DNA from: Trichoplax adhaerens
Lineage: Eukaryota > Animalia > Placozoa
DNA length: 64,000 nt
Direction: 5' to 3'
NCBI RefSeq assembly: GCF_000150275.1
Contig: NW_002060948.1
Location: forward strand, 310,001-374,000
Part shown: positions 1 to 17,800 of the stretch, one piece after another
Numbering within the stretch: the stretch's first letter is position 1
Layout of the letters: every line of letters begins with the position of its first letter
Position numbers and translations under genes: made by a program
The notes under the pieces: generated by a model
What the model saw: only the letters and a program-made list of their open reading frames with translations
Database searches by the model: none
What the model was told of the DNA's origin: nothing

Positions 1-93
1 TTAATATGCAAATAACGTCAAAATTAGCTGTATTAATTATTTAGTTTGAATAATCTCTTAATTTATAATTTACAAAGGGTTATTTTTATGCAG

Positions 94-173
94 ATAACTG
101 GAACAGATCAGTTAATGTGCAAGCTTACAGAAAAAGATTGATCAAAATTTCTCGACCGTATCATGAGCACTGA
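94..173 (+). CDS. Possible terminal exon of a gene starting before the window
   Basis: Acceptor-like tatttttatgcag at 81-93 followed by short open frames; no recognisable motif. Confidence 0.2.
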
Positions 174-380
174 GGAGATTACTTGATTTAAAAATGATAG
201 TCAAGTAATCGATTGTTTGACTAGAACTACGTACTTTATTTTTAGAAGTTAAACAACTGTAGAAGCCTCTTGTAATATATAATGCTCATCTATGTTATCA
301 ACCAAACAATTGAAATAGAAGATAATTGACGATACCAAATACAATAATTTTACACGGCACTTTCTGATGAAATATCCGAT

Positions 381-1075
381 ATTCGATAGGTTGCTGTAAT
401 GAAGCTTTGTTCCTATTTCCATCGATACAGTACTAATTCATCTATTATTATTATAGTTAAGTATCGGGAATCACTATTATGTTTCTTTAATTAAAGTGTA
501 ACAAGAGCAAATCGCTTGAACTAAAACCTAAATGCCAAAATGAAATCTTTTGCAATTAGAATTCACTACCTGCCTTTTACTAACTATGAATTCATTGCAG
601 TAAATGATCGATGTGTACTATATTGCAATGTTTTTGCAATGCACGTGAAAGAATTATTGTACTCGTATGCAATGACTACATCATATAAACAAAGCAAGGA
701 GCAGGAGTTTCTTAACGCTTTAATAGGGATTCGATAGGTTACTATAATGAAGCTTTGTTCCTATTTCCATCGATACAGTGCTAATTCATCTATTATAGAG
801 TTTAGTATCGGGAATCACTTTTATGTTTCTTTAATTAAAGTGCAATAAGAGCAAATCGCTTGAACTAAAACCTAAATGCCAAAATGAAATCGTTTGCAAT
901 TAAAATTCACTACCTGCCTTTTACTAACTATAAATTCATTGCGGTAAATGATCGATGTGTACTATATTGCAATGTTTTTGCAATGCACGTGAAAGAATTA
1001 TTGTACTCGTATGCAATGACTACATCATATAAACAAAGCAGGGAGCAGGAGTTTCTTAATGCTTTAATAGGGATC
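381..1075. repeat. Tandem duplication, 2 x ~344 bp, high identity
   Basis: ttcgataggtt...ctttaatagggat occurs twice. The twin ORFs at 540 and 884 are offset by 344 nt. Confidence 0.95.
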
Positions 1076-2314
1076 GTTTATCAATTTTAGCCACCAATAT
1101 AACAATTAAATTAAGTCATGACGCACAATTCTCATTTATAATTAATTAAAAATGAGCGAAAAGGATAAAGATCCAATGTAATGGAGTAGATATCAAAAGT
1201 GATGTCTACCCCGACAACCCAATGTCCAGATGAAATCCGATAAAGTACTACCCATTCAAAATGTATTAACGGTTAAATGCTTTGTCATTCCCTATACAGT
1301 ACTTATGCACTTTACTTTATGTACGCATTATCTAAAATAATTCTGTGATAACCCGTAATGAATGAATAATTCCAAGCAAAATGTACCGGCAAAATCGTGC
1401 GGTATTATATAATACCGCGAATATCGATTTGACAACTATCCAATCCTCGAATACCGCTAGCAAACTTAACCACATTCGTATATTCCTGTATCAGGACTAT
1501 CACTACACGTCTATTCCTTGCAAATAAGAGGTGCTCCGCTATCCCAATACTATATCGTTTTTTTGACTGAATCATATTCATGTCTCATGCCTACGTTAGA
1601 TCCCATCAGGCCATCATCGCTCTCATTTATTCTACAGGATAGGCGATCTTAAGTTTACTACTTTCTGATATCAATAGCGTTGAATGCGTACAAATAAAGT
1701 ATAACTCACATCGTTATTGTATTCTCACTCTACAAGTTTCGCCGAATCCATCCTTAAGTTCAGAATAAGCTCTACCGTCATTGATAACAAGGATAGATTG
1801 TATGCTAAGCTATTCCACAGTTCTGATAGACAAATAAAGACAGTACGCCTCTAACGAGCGGGTGTTCGACTAGTTACCGTCATATCTAATTGGCTATACA
1901 GTCATTCTATTTACAGTTGCCTATTCGTATCAACTATAAACTGTCTGCACTCTCTTGTCATTTATTTACGTACAGTATTTGGACTAATCAAGTTAGCACT
2001 AGGAATCAACCTACCTTGGAAAACATATGTTCTATGCTTGCTGTGATTATCTTGGCAGCCTTTCAAAAAAACTCTAGTGGTTGATCAGTAGCAAATCAAT
2101 GAAGTGGTAGGTCCGCTGTCTGCTAATTTGGCATTCTCTCTTTTGCTTTTATATACAGTAGTACGGATTTAAATGTTTGAGCCTTTGCGATGTTGGCGGC
2201 GATCAGTGACAGTCACCGTTCCCGTAGTAATAAATAACAGTCCAAGTTATTGTTTTAAGCAGCCTATCGGCTTTCGTTTAGCTCACAATTAGTCAATGCC
2301 GCTACCAGTGGAAG

Positions 2315-2591
2315 GCACTACAGTGTACAGTGTACAGTACAGTACAGTGCACAGTACTGTACATCCTACCGTTATTTCACACCGTACTCACTGAGAGACT
2401 TTTGGAAGAGAAATTCTATTGTAATCATAAGTTCTCTTTTTTATGGGAAATTGCTGCACTACAGTGTACAGTGTACAGTACAGTGCACAGTACTGTACAT
2501 CCTACCGTTATTTCACACCGTACTCACTGAGGGACTTTTGGAAGAGAAATTCTATTGTAATAATAAGTTCTCTTTTTTATGGGAAATTGCT
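2315..2591. repeat. Tandem duplication, 141 + 136 bp
   Basis: gcactacagtgtacag...ttatgggaaattgct occurs twice. The copies differ by one pentamer unit and a few substitutions. Confidence 0.95.
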
Positions 2592-3171
2592 GACTCGTGG
2601 ACTCAATGACTTACTTGTGTACAGCCTGACTACCCCATCCCAGGTCATGGATTTCTGCTTCACTAATAGTAAAAAGAAAGAACGACAGGAAGGGAAAGTG
2701 GCCTTCAATGCAAAATCATGCAGAGGCCTATCATTTTTCTGGCCATTCAACGACTGTACTGTACTGTATATGCTGTCAAAACCAACCTAGTTAAAGCACC
2801 GATGAAACTGTGTACTAAACGTGCAGTTAGGTATTGCATCCGGGTTAGCAGCTACAGTAATATGGATCTCAGTCGTGTACCGTTGCAGAGATGCGATACA
2901 CTTGAAATGACCAGTAAAACAATCAGCCTTGATATTTTTTGAGTTGTCTGTACTATATTCAAAAGAAAGAAAGAAAGAGAGGAACGGAAATGTGCAATCC
3001 CTGGCTTGGCCTGGAACTGGCATGGCAGGGATTCCCCGGTGCATGACTGTTTTCACCATTTTACAGTACTATGCTATACTGTACAGTACAGTACTGTAAT
3101 GTCCTTCCAAATGAACTGTTACCAGGGACTACAGTAGACCAATCATGAATTCGCTGTAATTCACTTTCACT

Positions 3172-3301
3172 CCCTAACTTCCTATACTGTACAGATCAAA
3201 ATTGTATACTGTATTATCAGGGTTCATGTAACTGATATACTGTATATATGACATATACAATTTTGAAAAAATCAAAATTTTGATCTGTACAGGAAGTTGG
3301 G
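3172..3301. mobile_element. MITE-like inverted-repeat element
   Basis: ctgtacagatcaaaatt (3187-3203) is the exact reverse complement of 3276-3292. Outer aacttcc/ggaagtt and inner tcaaaattgtata/tatacaattttga also pair. Confidence 0.5.
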
Positions 3302-3394
3302 CCTAAACCCTCTCCCGCTGACGCAATCATCCATCATCTTTCTAGCTTCTAGTAGCTTCTACAAGATGGCCGTGCACCAGTCAATATGTGCAAT

Positions 3395-3812
3395 GTACAT
3401 TGTACAGTACAGTACATACACAGTAGAGTGCAGGTGCTACCAGGTGCTACTAGTGAACAATGAATAGCCTTACAGTACTGTACAGTACTGTACTGTATAG
3501 TATTGGGGTGGGATTATACAAACTGACTGTATACACTGTACTGTACACTGTACACTGTACAGTACAGTTCGTCGACGTCCGATCTGACAACGAACGTACT
3601 GTACTGTACATACCGAACGTCCAATCGCTCGACGTCTACAGTACTATTGAGCTGTGTGTTGAAATGTTGAACTGACTCATTGGTCATTTAATGAATTCAT
3701 GAATGACGTCAGTACAGTACAGTACAGTTTGTACTGTATGCGCCGTACAGTTGTACTGTACTGTACTGTACTGTACTACAGTACAGTATACTACTGTAGA
3801 CTGTGTACTGTA
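3395..3812. repeat. TACAG/CTGTA pentamer arrays (also 2318-2360, 2459-2500, 3060-3100, 7600-7720, 8015-8240, 14215-14229)
   Basis: Example: gtactgtactgtactgtactgtac at 3753-3777. The motif occurs in both orientations and forms TACAGTACTGTA palindromes. Confidence 0.85.
3673..3711 (+). promoter_or_regulatory. AP-1 site (TGACTCA 3673-3679) and full CRE (TGACGTCA 3704-3711) in the Hsp90 promoter
   Basis: Exact consensus bZIP sites ~115-155 bp upstream of the HSE. Confidence 0.5.
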
Positions 3813-3826
3813 AATCAAAATTTCGC

Positions 3827-6982
<3,156 letters not shown>

Positions 6983-7177
6983 CTCAAGAAGCGCAATATG
7001 CGTAACATTTGCCGGAAAAGCAAATCTGGCTTCATTACTAACAAAACAGTTTCTATAATTATAGTTATATCATATAGGAATTACCATCGAGAAATACGAA
7101 TTTGAAATTCTGTCTACTGTAATTGATTTTTGAGCGCTTGCATATAAGTTAACCTCTGTACTTTATAACTAAAATTG

Positions 7178-7183
7178 AATAAA
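7178..7183 (+). other. Candidate polyadenylation signal of Hsp90
   Basis: AATAAA ~200 nt after the stop codon. Confidence 0.45.
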
Positions 7184-8710
7184 GTTCTAAATTAAAAACA
7201 CTAGATGTTTCTTATTGCCTGCGGTTTGTAGCCTGAAGTTTGACCTGATAGAGTTGGATATAATGTTTAGTGTAAATACCATCCTATCGAATTCATTATA
7301 AATATCACAATATCAGCAATAGCAATACTGTAAGCCAGAATATTTTGCTGTACTTCATTCAATAATCCGCATATGCGCAGAACAAATGGTTGATGATAAG
7401 CAAATTCGAGCGATATCCGTTTTAAACTTGCAAGCCAGGACGTACGAAATTGACGTAACTACGTAGTACTTACTGTACTTGGTGAAATGTGATACTTGAA
7501 ATAGACAACTTGATATATACGGGTATATCACAAGTACACGTGTTCGCGGTTTGGTTTAGCTTTGATTTTAAGTCGATATTTTATTAATAGTAAGTTATAC
7601 TGTAAGCTATTGATAACAGTATGTACTGTATGTGTACAGTAAAGTACGCGTTTTTCAGAAAAGTTATTCATAAGTACTACTGTACCGTAATAGTAGAGTA
7701 CTATACTGTACATACAGTATAGCCTTGGCATATGCCGCATAACACATAATACTCCGCCGACTAGAAGGAAATTTACCCCTAATAAATTTACTTCAAGTCG
7801 GCTAGGTAGAGTATTACGAACGTGGACCATTCAACTAGTAGTGATAGTTTATTAATTACTATACTGTACACCAACTTAACTTAACCTTAACCACGGTACA
7901 TTGTCGTTGTATATTGCTACTGTAACATCATTATTGATGGTAGTTTGCCATAGCTAGCGAAACATGCGAGATACTTTTAAACTCATTCTACAGGAAAACA
8001 TATCTATCAAATAATACTGTACAGTACAGTACATACGCACATTGGAAATAAGAAATGAAAACCGATGTCAAAAAAAAAAATAATAATCATACAGTACAGT
8101 TATTAATAGAGGTAAAATAAATAAATTAAGAACAAGAAAAATTGCCACGTACAGAAACAGTACTGTACCATTTAGTGTGCTTTTTGCAGAAAAGTATAAG
8201 AAAGGCACAGTACGGAAGAGTACAGTACTGTACTGTAGAAGGGTAGTGTGTATCCGCTTTGGGATACAGTACTTCGCACTCTACCGTACTGCACAATCTG
8301 TACGTAATGAGACCCTGACAGCATAATAAGTGCTATGTAATGAGCGAATGTTGCATACCAAGCATTGTAGTGCACAAGAAGTGGCTTCTCGTCCTTCTAA
8401 ATTTGGATGAGTAGGAAATCTGCAAAGAAAACGCTTTATGATTTGATATTGCTGATAGAAATCGTCTGCCTTGACTACTATTTGCACAAGGTGTACTTGT
8501 CTACTTTATTAATTAATGATACCTATGCCTTGAATTATCAACTCCGCAGAGCATAGACTGTCTAATAGAAAGGGAAAATTATTTTTTGCCTTCCTTCTTA
8601 CGGGTGCCAAATTACACATCAATGCCTAGCTTTTGTTAGGCGATCCAAACTGATCAAGAAGGAAAGGAATCAAACGTTATTCTTGGTTCTATCAAATTGT
8701 TATAGTATTG

Positions 8711-11700
8711 ATGATGGCATCCAGCAGTAACGGCAATAATCAAGAAGAAATTAAATGCGAATTCCTCGTCAAAGAAGGTCGCTATAAAGTATCGCCATTA
8801 TCTGCGTCCTACAGCTACCAAAAAACTACTTACCAGACAAACCACGGTAATCCGGTCAAACTTTCCATGGTAACTTCCAATTGCGAAGGAGGCCTTTATG
8901 GTAGATTAGTCTATAACTATGGTCGTGAGTTATTCACTTTCGCATATAAAGAAAGTACTCGCCAGGTATAGTTGTATTTCTCATCCATGCGTCTGATATG
9001 ATTAGATATTTGCTTTACATCTACTTGACACAATATTATTCATCATTTTGCCTTTCCTTCTCGATATTCAATTCATTTTGAACGATTGTACACTTTATGC
9101 TCATACTGTGACCCACCTTCTTGACGTGAGCAAGTCTAATCAGTCCCCAAGCTTAACAGCAATCCAATTCTACTCAATACATTGACGATGCTTATTCGCG
9201 TTACCTGCCATAAATACATTTCATGATTTTGTAATTGACGTAATAGACGTATCATTCTGAATGCGGTAGTGCTTCCTCTAAAATAAAGAAAGGCCTTTGA
9301 CCAAAATGCAGTATTACCCTATACCGTCAGGTCTACCTATACGGATTATTTGCAATAACATGCGATACTAGTGATTTTTGTACATTTGTTATTTTTAATT
9401 CCTCTCATATGTCATTACATCATCATTTCTACATTAAAGTACAGTATAATATTAATAGATATTTCAGTAATCGATAATTCATATCCTTAACAATTGTCGC
9501 TCATACCAGATGCTGTACAGTTGACTATACAAATCGTATTGCTATTACTTCCATCTAATTGAAAGTGATTTTAGAGTAACGGTATAGAGGAAGGCGATAA
9601 CGAATATGTTATTAATACTACTATGATGGGTACGCGTACACTACTTATAGTCGTCTATAGCAATAACCTTACTACTAACCTTCTTAACAACAATTTAAGT
9701 AAATTTTAACTTTACTTTGAACTCTCCATAAATTTCAATTACATAAACTAGAATAGCTATTCCAACAATTCCCCATATTTAGAAAAAGCTTTCCAATTTC
9801 ACTGACGGTAAATCGACTTTCTAACAAAGTACTGTAATTAAAACCACGACTCCTAAAGCCTCAAATTACCCCAGTAATCGTACGTGTGTATTTCACCAGC
9901 GTGACAACATAAATTTCTCTACTAAATATATTCGTTATACGTGTACACAATTTCGCGTATTTGTACTAATATAGTAGACTTTTTTCGGTACACCTATGTC
10001 TTAACCGCCGTTAGAATTCAGTGCATATAGAGCAAAGTTGTCCCTAATAACGCTGTTGTATTTGTTATTGAACAATTGTACCCTAAAATCAACAGCTAAG
10101 TTGAGGGACTACTGTAAGTGTTACTACGATATCATAACATTGCGTCTACAACTTTGTATCTGGCATGAAAATATGAGATACAATACAAAATATACATAGT
10201 ATCCCTACCACAAAACTGCCTGAATTACAAAATTATCCCTGGTCCTTGTAATATTTTAGCCAATCTAGTAGTAATTCACTTACTGATAACTGACTTCTAG
10301 CGATAGGAATCATGAATTCAATTTCTTTGCTAATAGTTATAATTATAATTAGTAGTTAACGTTTTAATGAACCATCGTTATATTTACGTGATATTTTTAC
10401 CATTAGCAGGATACCGATAACAAAATCTTAGATAAAAAGGCATACAAGAGCGCGATACCTTTATGCCATGACTTTAACTTAATCACCAGAAGCCCAGATA
10501 CCTTAAATTTAATCGTCGGTTTCAATACTGGCCAAATGCAGCTAATCAACGTTGTCAAATATGAAATTATGAAAAACTTTAATGAGAGCGTAAGTGCTAC
10601 TTATTTAAAGTTCGTCAATATTTTTAATCATTTGAAGGTATCTATTCTATGTGCTGATCTTTTTGTAGCCTAATTGGACCAATACTTTATCTTTGTCCTA
10701 CAGTATATTATTCTTAACTTATACATTCATAGTTTGCAATACTCTCATGATATCTACAGTATAATACTAGCCGCTTTAGTGGCCTAGTTATATCTTATAT
10801 ACTTGTTGAGTGGGACCTAAAAAATATAAATTATCTCTAGTATCTATTTTTAAGAATTAAGTTGTAATTGCAATCGGTAACAAATAAACAGGTGTGATTG
10901 TGTTAATGAAAATACTTAGTTACTAGAAATTTATGCAATTCTATGTCTTCGCTTATTTTAAAACTGACACGATATGATTTAAATGTAGTAACATTCCGTA
11001 GTTAACAGAATATCTTGATATTTAGCCAAGATAACATTGTAAACATTATAAGAAATAATGACACTAAATAATCATGACCATGCTTATAAATCGTATTTTT
11101 ACAGTACAAATTAGATACATAAAATCGCTTTAGGCATAACCTATAGACTGTTGTAATGATTACAAAGAGCAGAGTCAATCATAGCAACCTTGATTGTTTG
11201 ATCGTCACAATTATCATAAAAGTGATAGAAAATTTGTATTATAGTTGCATCTTAAAAACTTAGAATCAAATTCTTACATCATTTTAAACGGATTTACTAT
11301 AAATAATTAGTTGTGTAATAGTTTTTTCCGTGTATACCAGTATACATATATGAAAATACTCTAGCGATCCTGGGAAATGAAGGCATGCTGTAGATGCCTG
11401 GCAGCTATCTGATACAGAATTAGCTATAGCTTGCTAATAATTTAATTTATATTAAACTCAAATACTGAAAAAGTGGCTTAAATTTTATTTATTACTATAT
11501 ACTAACGGTAATTTCTTATTTAAATATTATGCAAATAAGCTTACCTTAGTTTCACCGTCTTAAAGATTTTGGCTGCTTAAATGAGATGCATTAGGTAATA
11601 ATTTGTTTTCTAATTTCTGTTTCAGCGTAATATTGATAATAGTAAAATAACATGTATTAAATGGATACCAGGAAAGGACAATTTATTTATAGCATCTTAC

Positions 11701-12957
11701 TTTAGTGGAAATATATATATGTATGATGATAATTTGCCGTGCAGCAATGGACCTATAACATATTCAGTTGTTAAAGAAAGCGATGACTTCAGTGTATATA
11801 CAAGCAAAAGCAAATTGCAGCAGCGTAATCCTATTTATAAGTGGACCATTGGTAAAGGTGCTGTGAATGACATGGCTTTTTCGCCAGACTGCCGTCACTT
11901 AGCCACGGTGAGCCAAGATGGATTTATGAGAGTGATCAATTACGAAACAAATACTGTTATATCAACTATGAAAAGTTACTTTGGAGGATTACTGTGTGTA
12001 GCTTGGAGCTCAGATGGCAAGTGCGTCGCAACTGGTGGTGAAGATGATCTTGTTACGGTTTGGTCATTTACTGAAGGTGTAGTTATCGCAAGATGTGATG
12101 GCCATCGCTCATGGGTGAACGCTGTAGCTTTTGATCCCTATACTATTTTTGTTACTAATAGAGATGATGCTAGCTTCAGTGGTAGCGAGGATGAAGCAAA
12201 TGTAAATTGTCATAGAAACGGTAGCAACGAGGTTGAAAATTCCAATGTGCTATCATATCGTATCGGTTCTGTCGGACAAGATACCCAATTCCTGTTATGG
12301 GATATCGGAGAGGATATCCTCACTTCTGAAAGACACAGGAAACAGCCTCAAACGGTTACTGTTAACTCTAACACAAATAGTAATTCTAATACTATCTCTA
12401 GAGCTTCTATCAACGATTTAAAAATTGATGGAATTAGCGACTATTCAAATAAATCAGATAGCTCAAGCTCTAATAATAAATCAGATCATAGTCATAATAA
12501 CAGTAATAACAGCAATAATAATAATAACAACAATAATACTTCCATTACTACTACTACTAATAATAATGGTAGTAATAGTAATAGTAACTCGCATTTGAAA
12601 GTATCACCGCACTTGTCTAAAAGTAACAGCTTCCTGAAAGATAAACCTGAAAAAGAAAAGAAAGAGAAAAAGGATAAATGGGATAAACGCTTTGGTACCG
12701 GTAGGAAAAAGCACCCTTTTGGTAAAATTCATCCGCAGAAAGAGAAAGTTGAAAGTAAAGAATCAACTTCAATTAACATACAATATCAATGCCCAAGTAT
12801 TACCGAAATTCCATTAATTGAACCAATAGTAGCAAGGAAAATCGCTCATGAACGTGTTACGTCTTTAGCCTTCACGGAAGATTGTATAACATGTGCTAGC
12901 CAAGATGGTCAAATTACTATTTGGATTAGACCAAACATTGTTAGTACTCAACTGTAG
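8711..12957 (+). CDS. WDR20: WD repeat protein 20 / DMWD family (USP12/46 cofactor), ~589 aa. Exons 8711-8965, 10407(or 10410)-10589, 11626-12957
   Basis: EIKCEFLVKEGRYKV N-terminus; exon 2 ILDKKAYKSAIPLCHDFN...LIVGFNTGQMQLI; exon 3 IDNSKITCIKWIPG, MKSYFGGLLCVAWSSDGKCVATGGEDDLVTVWSF, GHRSWVNAVAFDPY, YRIGSVGQDTQFLLWD, IEPIVARKIAHERVTSLAFTEDCITCASQDG. Phase-0 GT-AG introns. Confidence 0.95.
12470..12590 (+). repeat. AAT/AAC/ACT trinucleotide-rich tract encoding an Asn/Ser/Thr-rich insert in WDR20
   Basis: aataataataataacaacaataat... translates to HNNSNNSNNNNNNNNTSITTTTNNNGSNSNSN. Confidence 0.85.
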
Positions 12958-14828
12958 AACGTGACATCTAGAGATTACACATATTTAATAGACTACTAAC
13001 AATAAGGCGGCCTATTTAACTGTATGCAGTATTTATTAATGATTGTTGCATTAAATTTGCACTTTTGTCCATGAATTAGTATCTAACCTTCAATTTTTTT
13101 ATTGATAATTCACTTTTTACAGTCCACTCCACTGAACACTGATCCAGCCAACGAGGGTACTGTACAATCATGTAAAAGCTCACAAACATCGCAGTCATCA
13201 ATTGGAACTGTACTATAGAACAATAATCAGGTTCATCCTAATTTGTATACTTATGGTTTGCCTTTTGCTTCAATAGCTTTAAGTTTTTGTATATAGTGAG
13301 GAATAACTATTTCTAATATCATGTACCTTACAATTACAATATAGTTAATATTTGAAATATAAGATATAAGTATACAGTTGTGATTATTAGTATACAAATA
13401 TTTCTTTAGGTAATACAACTTACTTTCAACTACGTGCAATCAATCCAAATGGTTTTGTATTTATAATTATCCATTATAAAACTGTAAGAAATCGCTTTTG
13501 CTAATTAGTTGAAATTATCATATTTAATTACTGTATTCTAATCAAATATACACAGTTTGCAAAAAATGATAATCATTAATGTCGTTTTACTTTCTCGACT
13601 GAGAATGAAATGCTATGTAGAGGACTTCGGCAATTTGAAAATTCATTTGTGTGATCATAATTTGATAAAGTATTGATCCTACATAACGAATCAATTTTTA
13701 CAGTGTTTATAGCATTTGCTGCAACATACGAATGTCCGTTTTTTGTTACTAATTCCTAGCATTACCATAATCTTAAGATTGCAGGTGTTAATATTGTTGA
13801 TAGCATGCCTGGCTATAGTTTATTGGTATAGATATGTGGGTACGTGCATTTAGTAGTAAATGCTGTATCATAATCTCTTCGTTAACATTCGGAAAACATG
13901 CTGCTTAAGATAAAAGGAGACCGAATGTCTCATTATAGCAAATGGAAAATTGATCTGTAAATGGATAAAAATGAATAATTTATCTTTACTAGATTGCTTT
14001 GTTGCTAATGTATCACCGACCATTTCATATGGTTTTAGTACCAACTCAATAAACAATAATACTGTAAACGTATCAATTTTGATTTAAAATTTTTGGTGTT
14101 TTAGACAATACGGTTTAACTAATTTATATGGATTATGAGCAACACATTAACAGAGACCCTATAGCATTCTAAATGTTATATTAGTGGAGGGCTCTATAGA
14201 ATATTTCCAGCCGTGTACTGTACTGTACATTCCTCTGATAAATTTTGACATTTTGTACCCGTCATATAAAAGTATGTAATACTTTATTACCACTCGCACA
14301 TTATACAGCATGACTTGAAAGATTTACGGAGTGAAAACGGTCGCAGTAATTTAAATTATATCATTCAGATAAAACCTCTGACGATTAAATCCAACACAAT
14401 TCAACACGTTAGGCACATTTCTTTAGAAGAAAAGCAATAGTCAAACAAAATTGCTGAGCTAGTGATGAATCAATCAGTTACACCGAATATTGATAAAGAA
14501 ATGCTGGTTTTTATAAAAAAAATAGAAGAAAAGCATACATCCTTCAACTCGCCGTTTAAAAGGTATGACCTGGATACTAGTAATTACATATCAGCAAGTT
14601 GTAAATCAGGATTAAAGTACATGCATAGGACAAATTTCTTTATAGGAAAAACCGATGAATCAGTTAGCAAAATACAATATTTACAGCAGTATGCGATCTG
14701 AAAAATTAATATAGGACATTGTTTACAATATGCTTACAAATGTAGTAAGCATGATGCAAAAAGTGTCTTTGTAACTAGACATAGGACTTTTATGTAATAA
14801 AATTTTCATAATGAACATTTAATAAATT

Positions 14829-17800
14829 CTAAGATATTCCCAATAATTCCTTTATTGCATGATATAATTTCAACGATTGACTTTTAGCTGTTTCCAACAA
14901 GGTATTGCCCATACATGAATAGGCCGTAGAGCATAACTTATTAACAGCAGACCGCATACTTGCGCTTGCACTTGATCCACCCAACAAATCCCAAATAACC
15001 GGTAAGACATGATGAGTAACAAGTTGAGGCTTTCGATCATACGCTGTCTTGACTAATTCTAATTTTAAAGAATGGTATTTGTGTTATTAAAAGTAGATAC
15101 TTACTTAGTTTTTGACGTGTACGTTAATGTTACATTAATACATAATTATTAAACAATTTTTAAATAGGTGAATATATGTAATTACTTGCTACCAAAGGCT
15201 AATTTAATCCGCTAATGGACGCAACGAAATTTTAAGGCAATAAACGGTTATAGGCAAACAGCCGTGTATTAACTAGATGAAATTTAGATATACCAATACT
15301 TTGATATAACTTTTCGTCTATATTTTATCGATAATAAATGATAATTCAATCATTTGTTGACAATTAAGGTTTTACTTGACGATTGGTATCAGCCTATTAC
15401 CAAATTTATATCTTTATAAAGTACAGCAAACAGATGGTTATATTGATTTAATTTCATGGTGAGGATTTACCTGATAATTTTTCAATCATTTCAGGTTTAC
15501 TTCTTATACTACTTTGCAAAGAGGCATTAGCAAAGGATGGTATAAGTATTGTATTATCTAGGAATTATAACATAAAAATGCAAAAATAATATTCTGTTAA
15601 TTCTGAATTAAAAATTATGTACGCAATAGAAGGTTTTGGCTAGGAGAAATGTTACCTAAATGTGTTACTAGAGCATGAAGTGTCTGTAAGGCAGCATCAT
15701 GAATACTCTTTTTCTTTGAAGCTAAATTACTGGCTAACGCTGGCACCACAGAATTCATAACTGGGCCTAAATGCTCACGAAGGCGAGGAATCATTGCTTG
15801 AAGTGCTCCTAGTGCTTTAATATTAACCTTAATGTAATAACAGTATAAAGTTAATTTGGTTGAAATTTCTATTTTGACAACTGTTAATTTCCGTCATTCG
15901 ACTTTGATCTAAAATTCTAAGTACTTTTAATTTTTTATCCGATTTGATTATTTTTAACTGAAGTAAAGAACATATGGTTCTATTATAATTAAAATCGAAA
16001 TCTACCCTGTAATCTATAGACTACTTGTTTTCAAAGCTCATTAACTCATGCATAATTATTATCAGTCTTACCTTGCTCATTGAGTCTGTTAATCGCGGAG
16101 TAAACTTATCAAAGACCTGTATAACATCGCGTCATCATTAATGTAAGAAAATAAATTTAATCGCAACAATTAATAATCTTGAAATTAGGCCAAATAGGCA
16201 TCACTAGATTCTGTAATATTAGTTATTGCTGGGAGCCCACCTTTACAATGTGTGACGCAAAGGAAGATATATTACAGGTATTGACATAACTGACAAGTTG
16301 CTCAATTGCGGTTGATCGATCTGTCCAACTTTGGGATACTAAATCATCTAGCATGCCATCGGGTAGATCAAGTTGCGATTCCTGTCTTGCTGTTCGATTT
16401 GGAGAGCGTTTAGTTCGAGTTACTGATGAATTTCCCGGTGATTGTGCATCATTGCTGTAAAATAAGTAAGAACGGATGTAGACATTGAATATAACCGTTA
16501 CGAAACCTTAATTGCTGCTTCTCGATGAAAGTTATTCTTACCCGGCCGAACCAAATCTGCTTAAGCGTGAACCATCTGTGACACTTCCACTAGCTTGTGA
16601 TTGCCGTTGCTTAGCTGATGGAGTATCGGTTGGCTTGCTGCCTAATCCCTATAGATTATAAAATGCATGGAATTAATGCAATGTTTACTCTCTAGGTTAT
16701 CGTATATCAGTCTGTATCAGTCTAAATTAGCTTGTTGATAGCTTAATACACTCATAAATTAGATTACTGTCAGCATACCTTCGTACTAAGAGTTTCTGCA
16801 ATATCCATTAAATGGCGGGCTTTAGAATCTGGCAATACTCGCCTAACATGTTTTTCAAATTCTGGATGTGGTATTAACTTACAGATGATTGACTTCGCAT
16901 AATACCTATACGAATATTAATAAAATAGAATAAAAAATTATTTTAATTGATAAAATATAGCAAATACTATAGAATCCAGCACAAGCATCAGACAGTTAAT
17001 GCTACGATACCTTGTTTCCGAAGAGCCTTCACTTGTAAACTTTTCAATGACAGGGATTACCTTTTCTGCAATTTCTCTCGGCCCACCTAGTAATCGTCCA
17101 ACTCCTAACCTCTCTATTGCTGGCTCCAATAAGGCTGCAGTCGCTTTTCGAATAACTGCGTTCTTATGGCTGTATTGTGTTGACAAAGAATTGAAATAAT
17201 TTAGTGGTTATGCTTAACTTTATGAATTGGGAAATCATTGAAATTGAACAGTTACCCAGAGCCTTCGTTAATAAGGGTAAAAACGCATTTTGTTGGCGTT
17301 ACTTTAGCAACCATCGCTTTTAATGCTTTCTCGGCATCATCCCATAAAAAGACGTTGGTATCAGAAGCTTTACATATTAATGTTTTAGTGGTGAGATCAA
17401 GATCCTATCGATGAAGCCATAGCATGATATTAAATTCCAGCGCAACAATGTAAATAGACAAACTCTTTTTCAAATTAGTCTTTCTATCGAAATTACCATA
17501 CCTGATCCATTTGTTTGCCCAAAACGTTAAACAATTCTTTCAAGCATACACAGGCATTCCGTACAATCTGTGAACGTAAATTCTTGACCTAGAATCAATC
17601 AATCATCAGTATTAGCAGATATTATCGGAATTGTCTACATCGTGAGTTAAAAGTACGCTTAGAACGATTTCAACAAGCTGTTCTACCTCGCTGACTACAG
17701 GAACAAGAATACTATGAAGTTGTGGAGTTAATACGCCACTGTGATGTTGGCATAGTCTTCGGATAAGTGTAATTCCTTTGTGTTTTGTTTCCCATTCTGG

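Noticed and set aside
540-1090. Twin ORFs MKSFAI... (65 and 68 aa) that look like a small duplicated gene family
   Set aside because: They are a by-product of the 344-bp tandem duplication, with no recognisable domain or coding signature.
2985-3060. GC-rich segment with ATTGCAC on the minus strand (U1A-loop-like) suggesting an snRNA
   Set aside because: No U1 5' end (ATACTTACCTG) or Sm site, and no other snRNA/tRNA signature was found.
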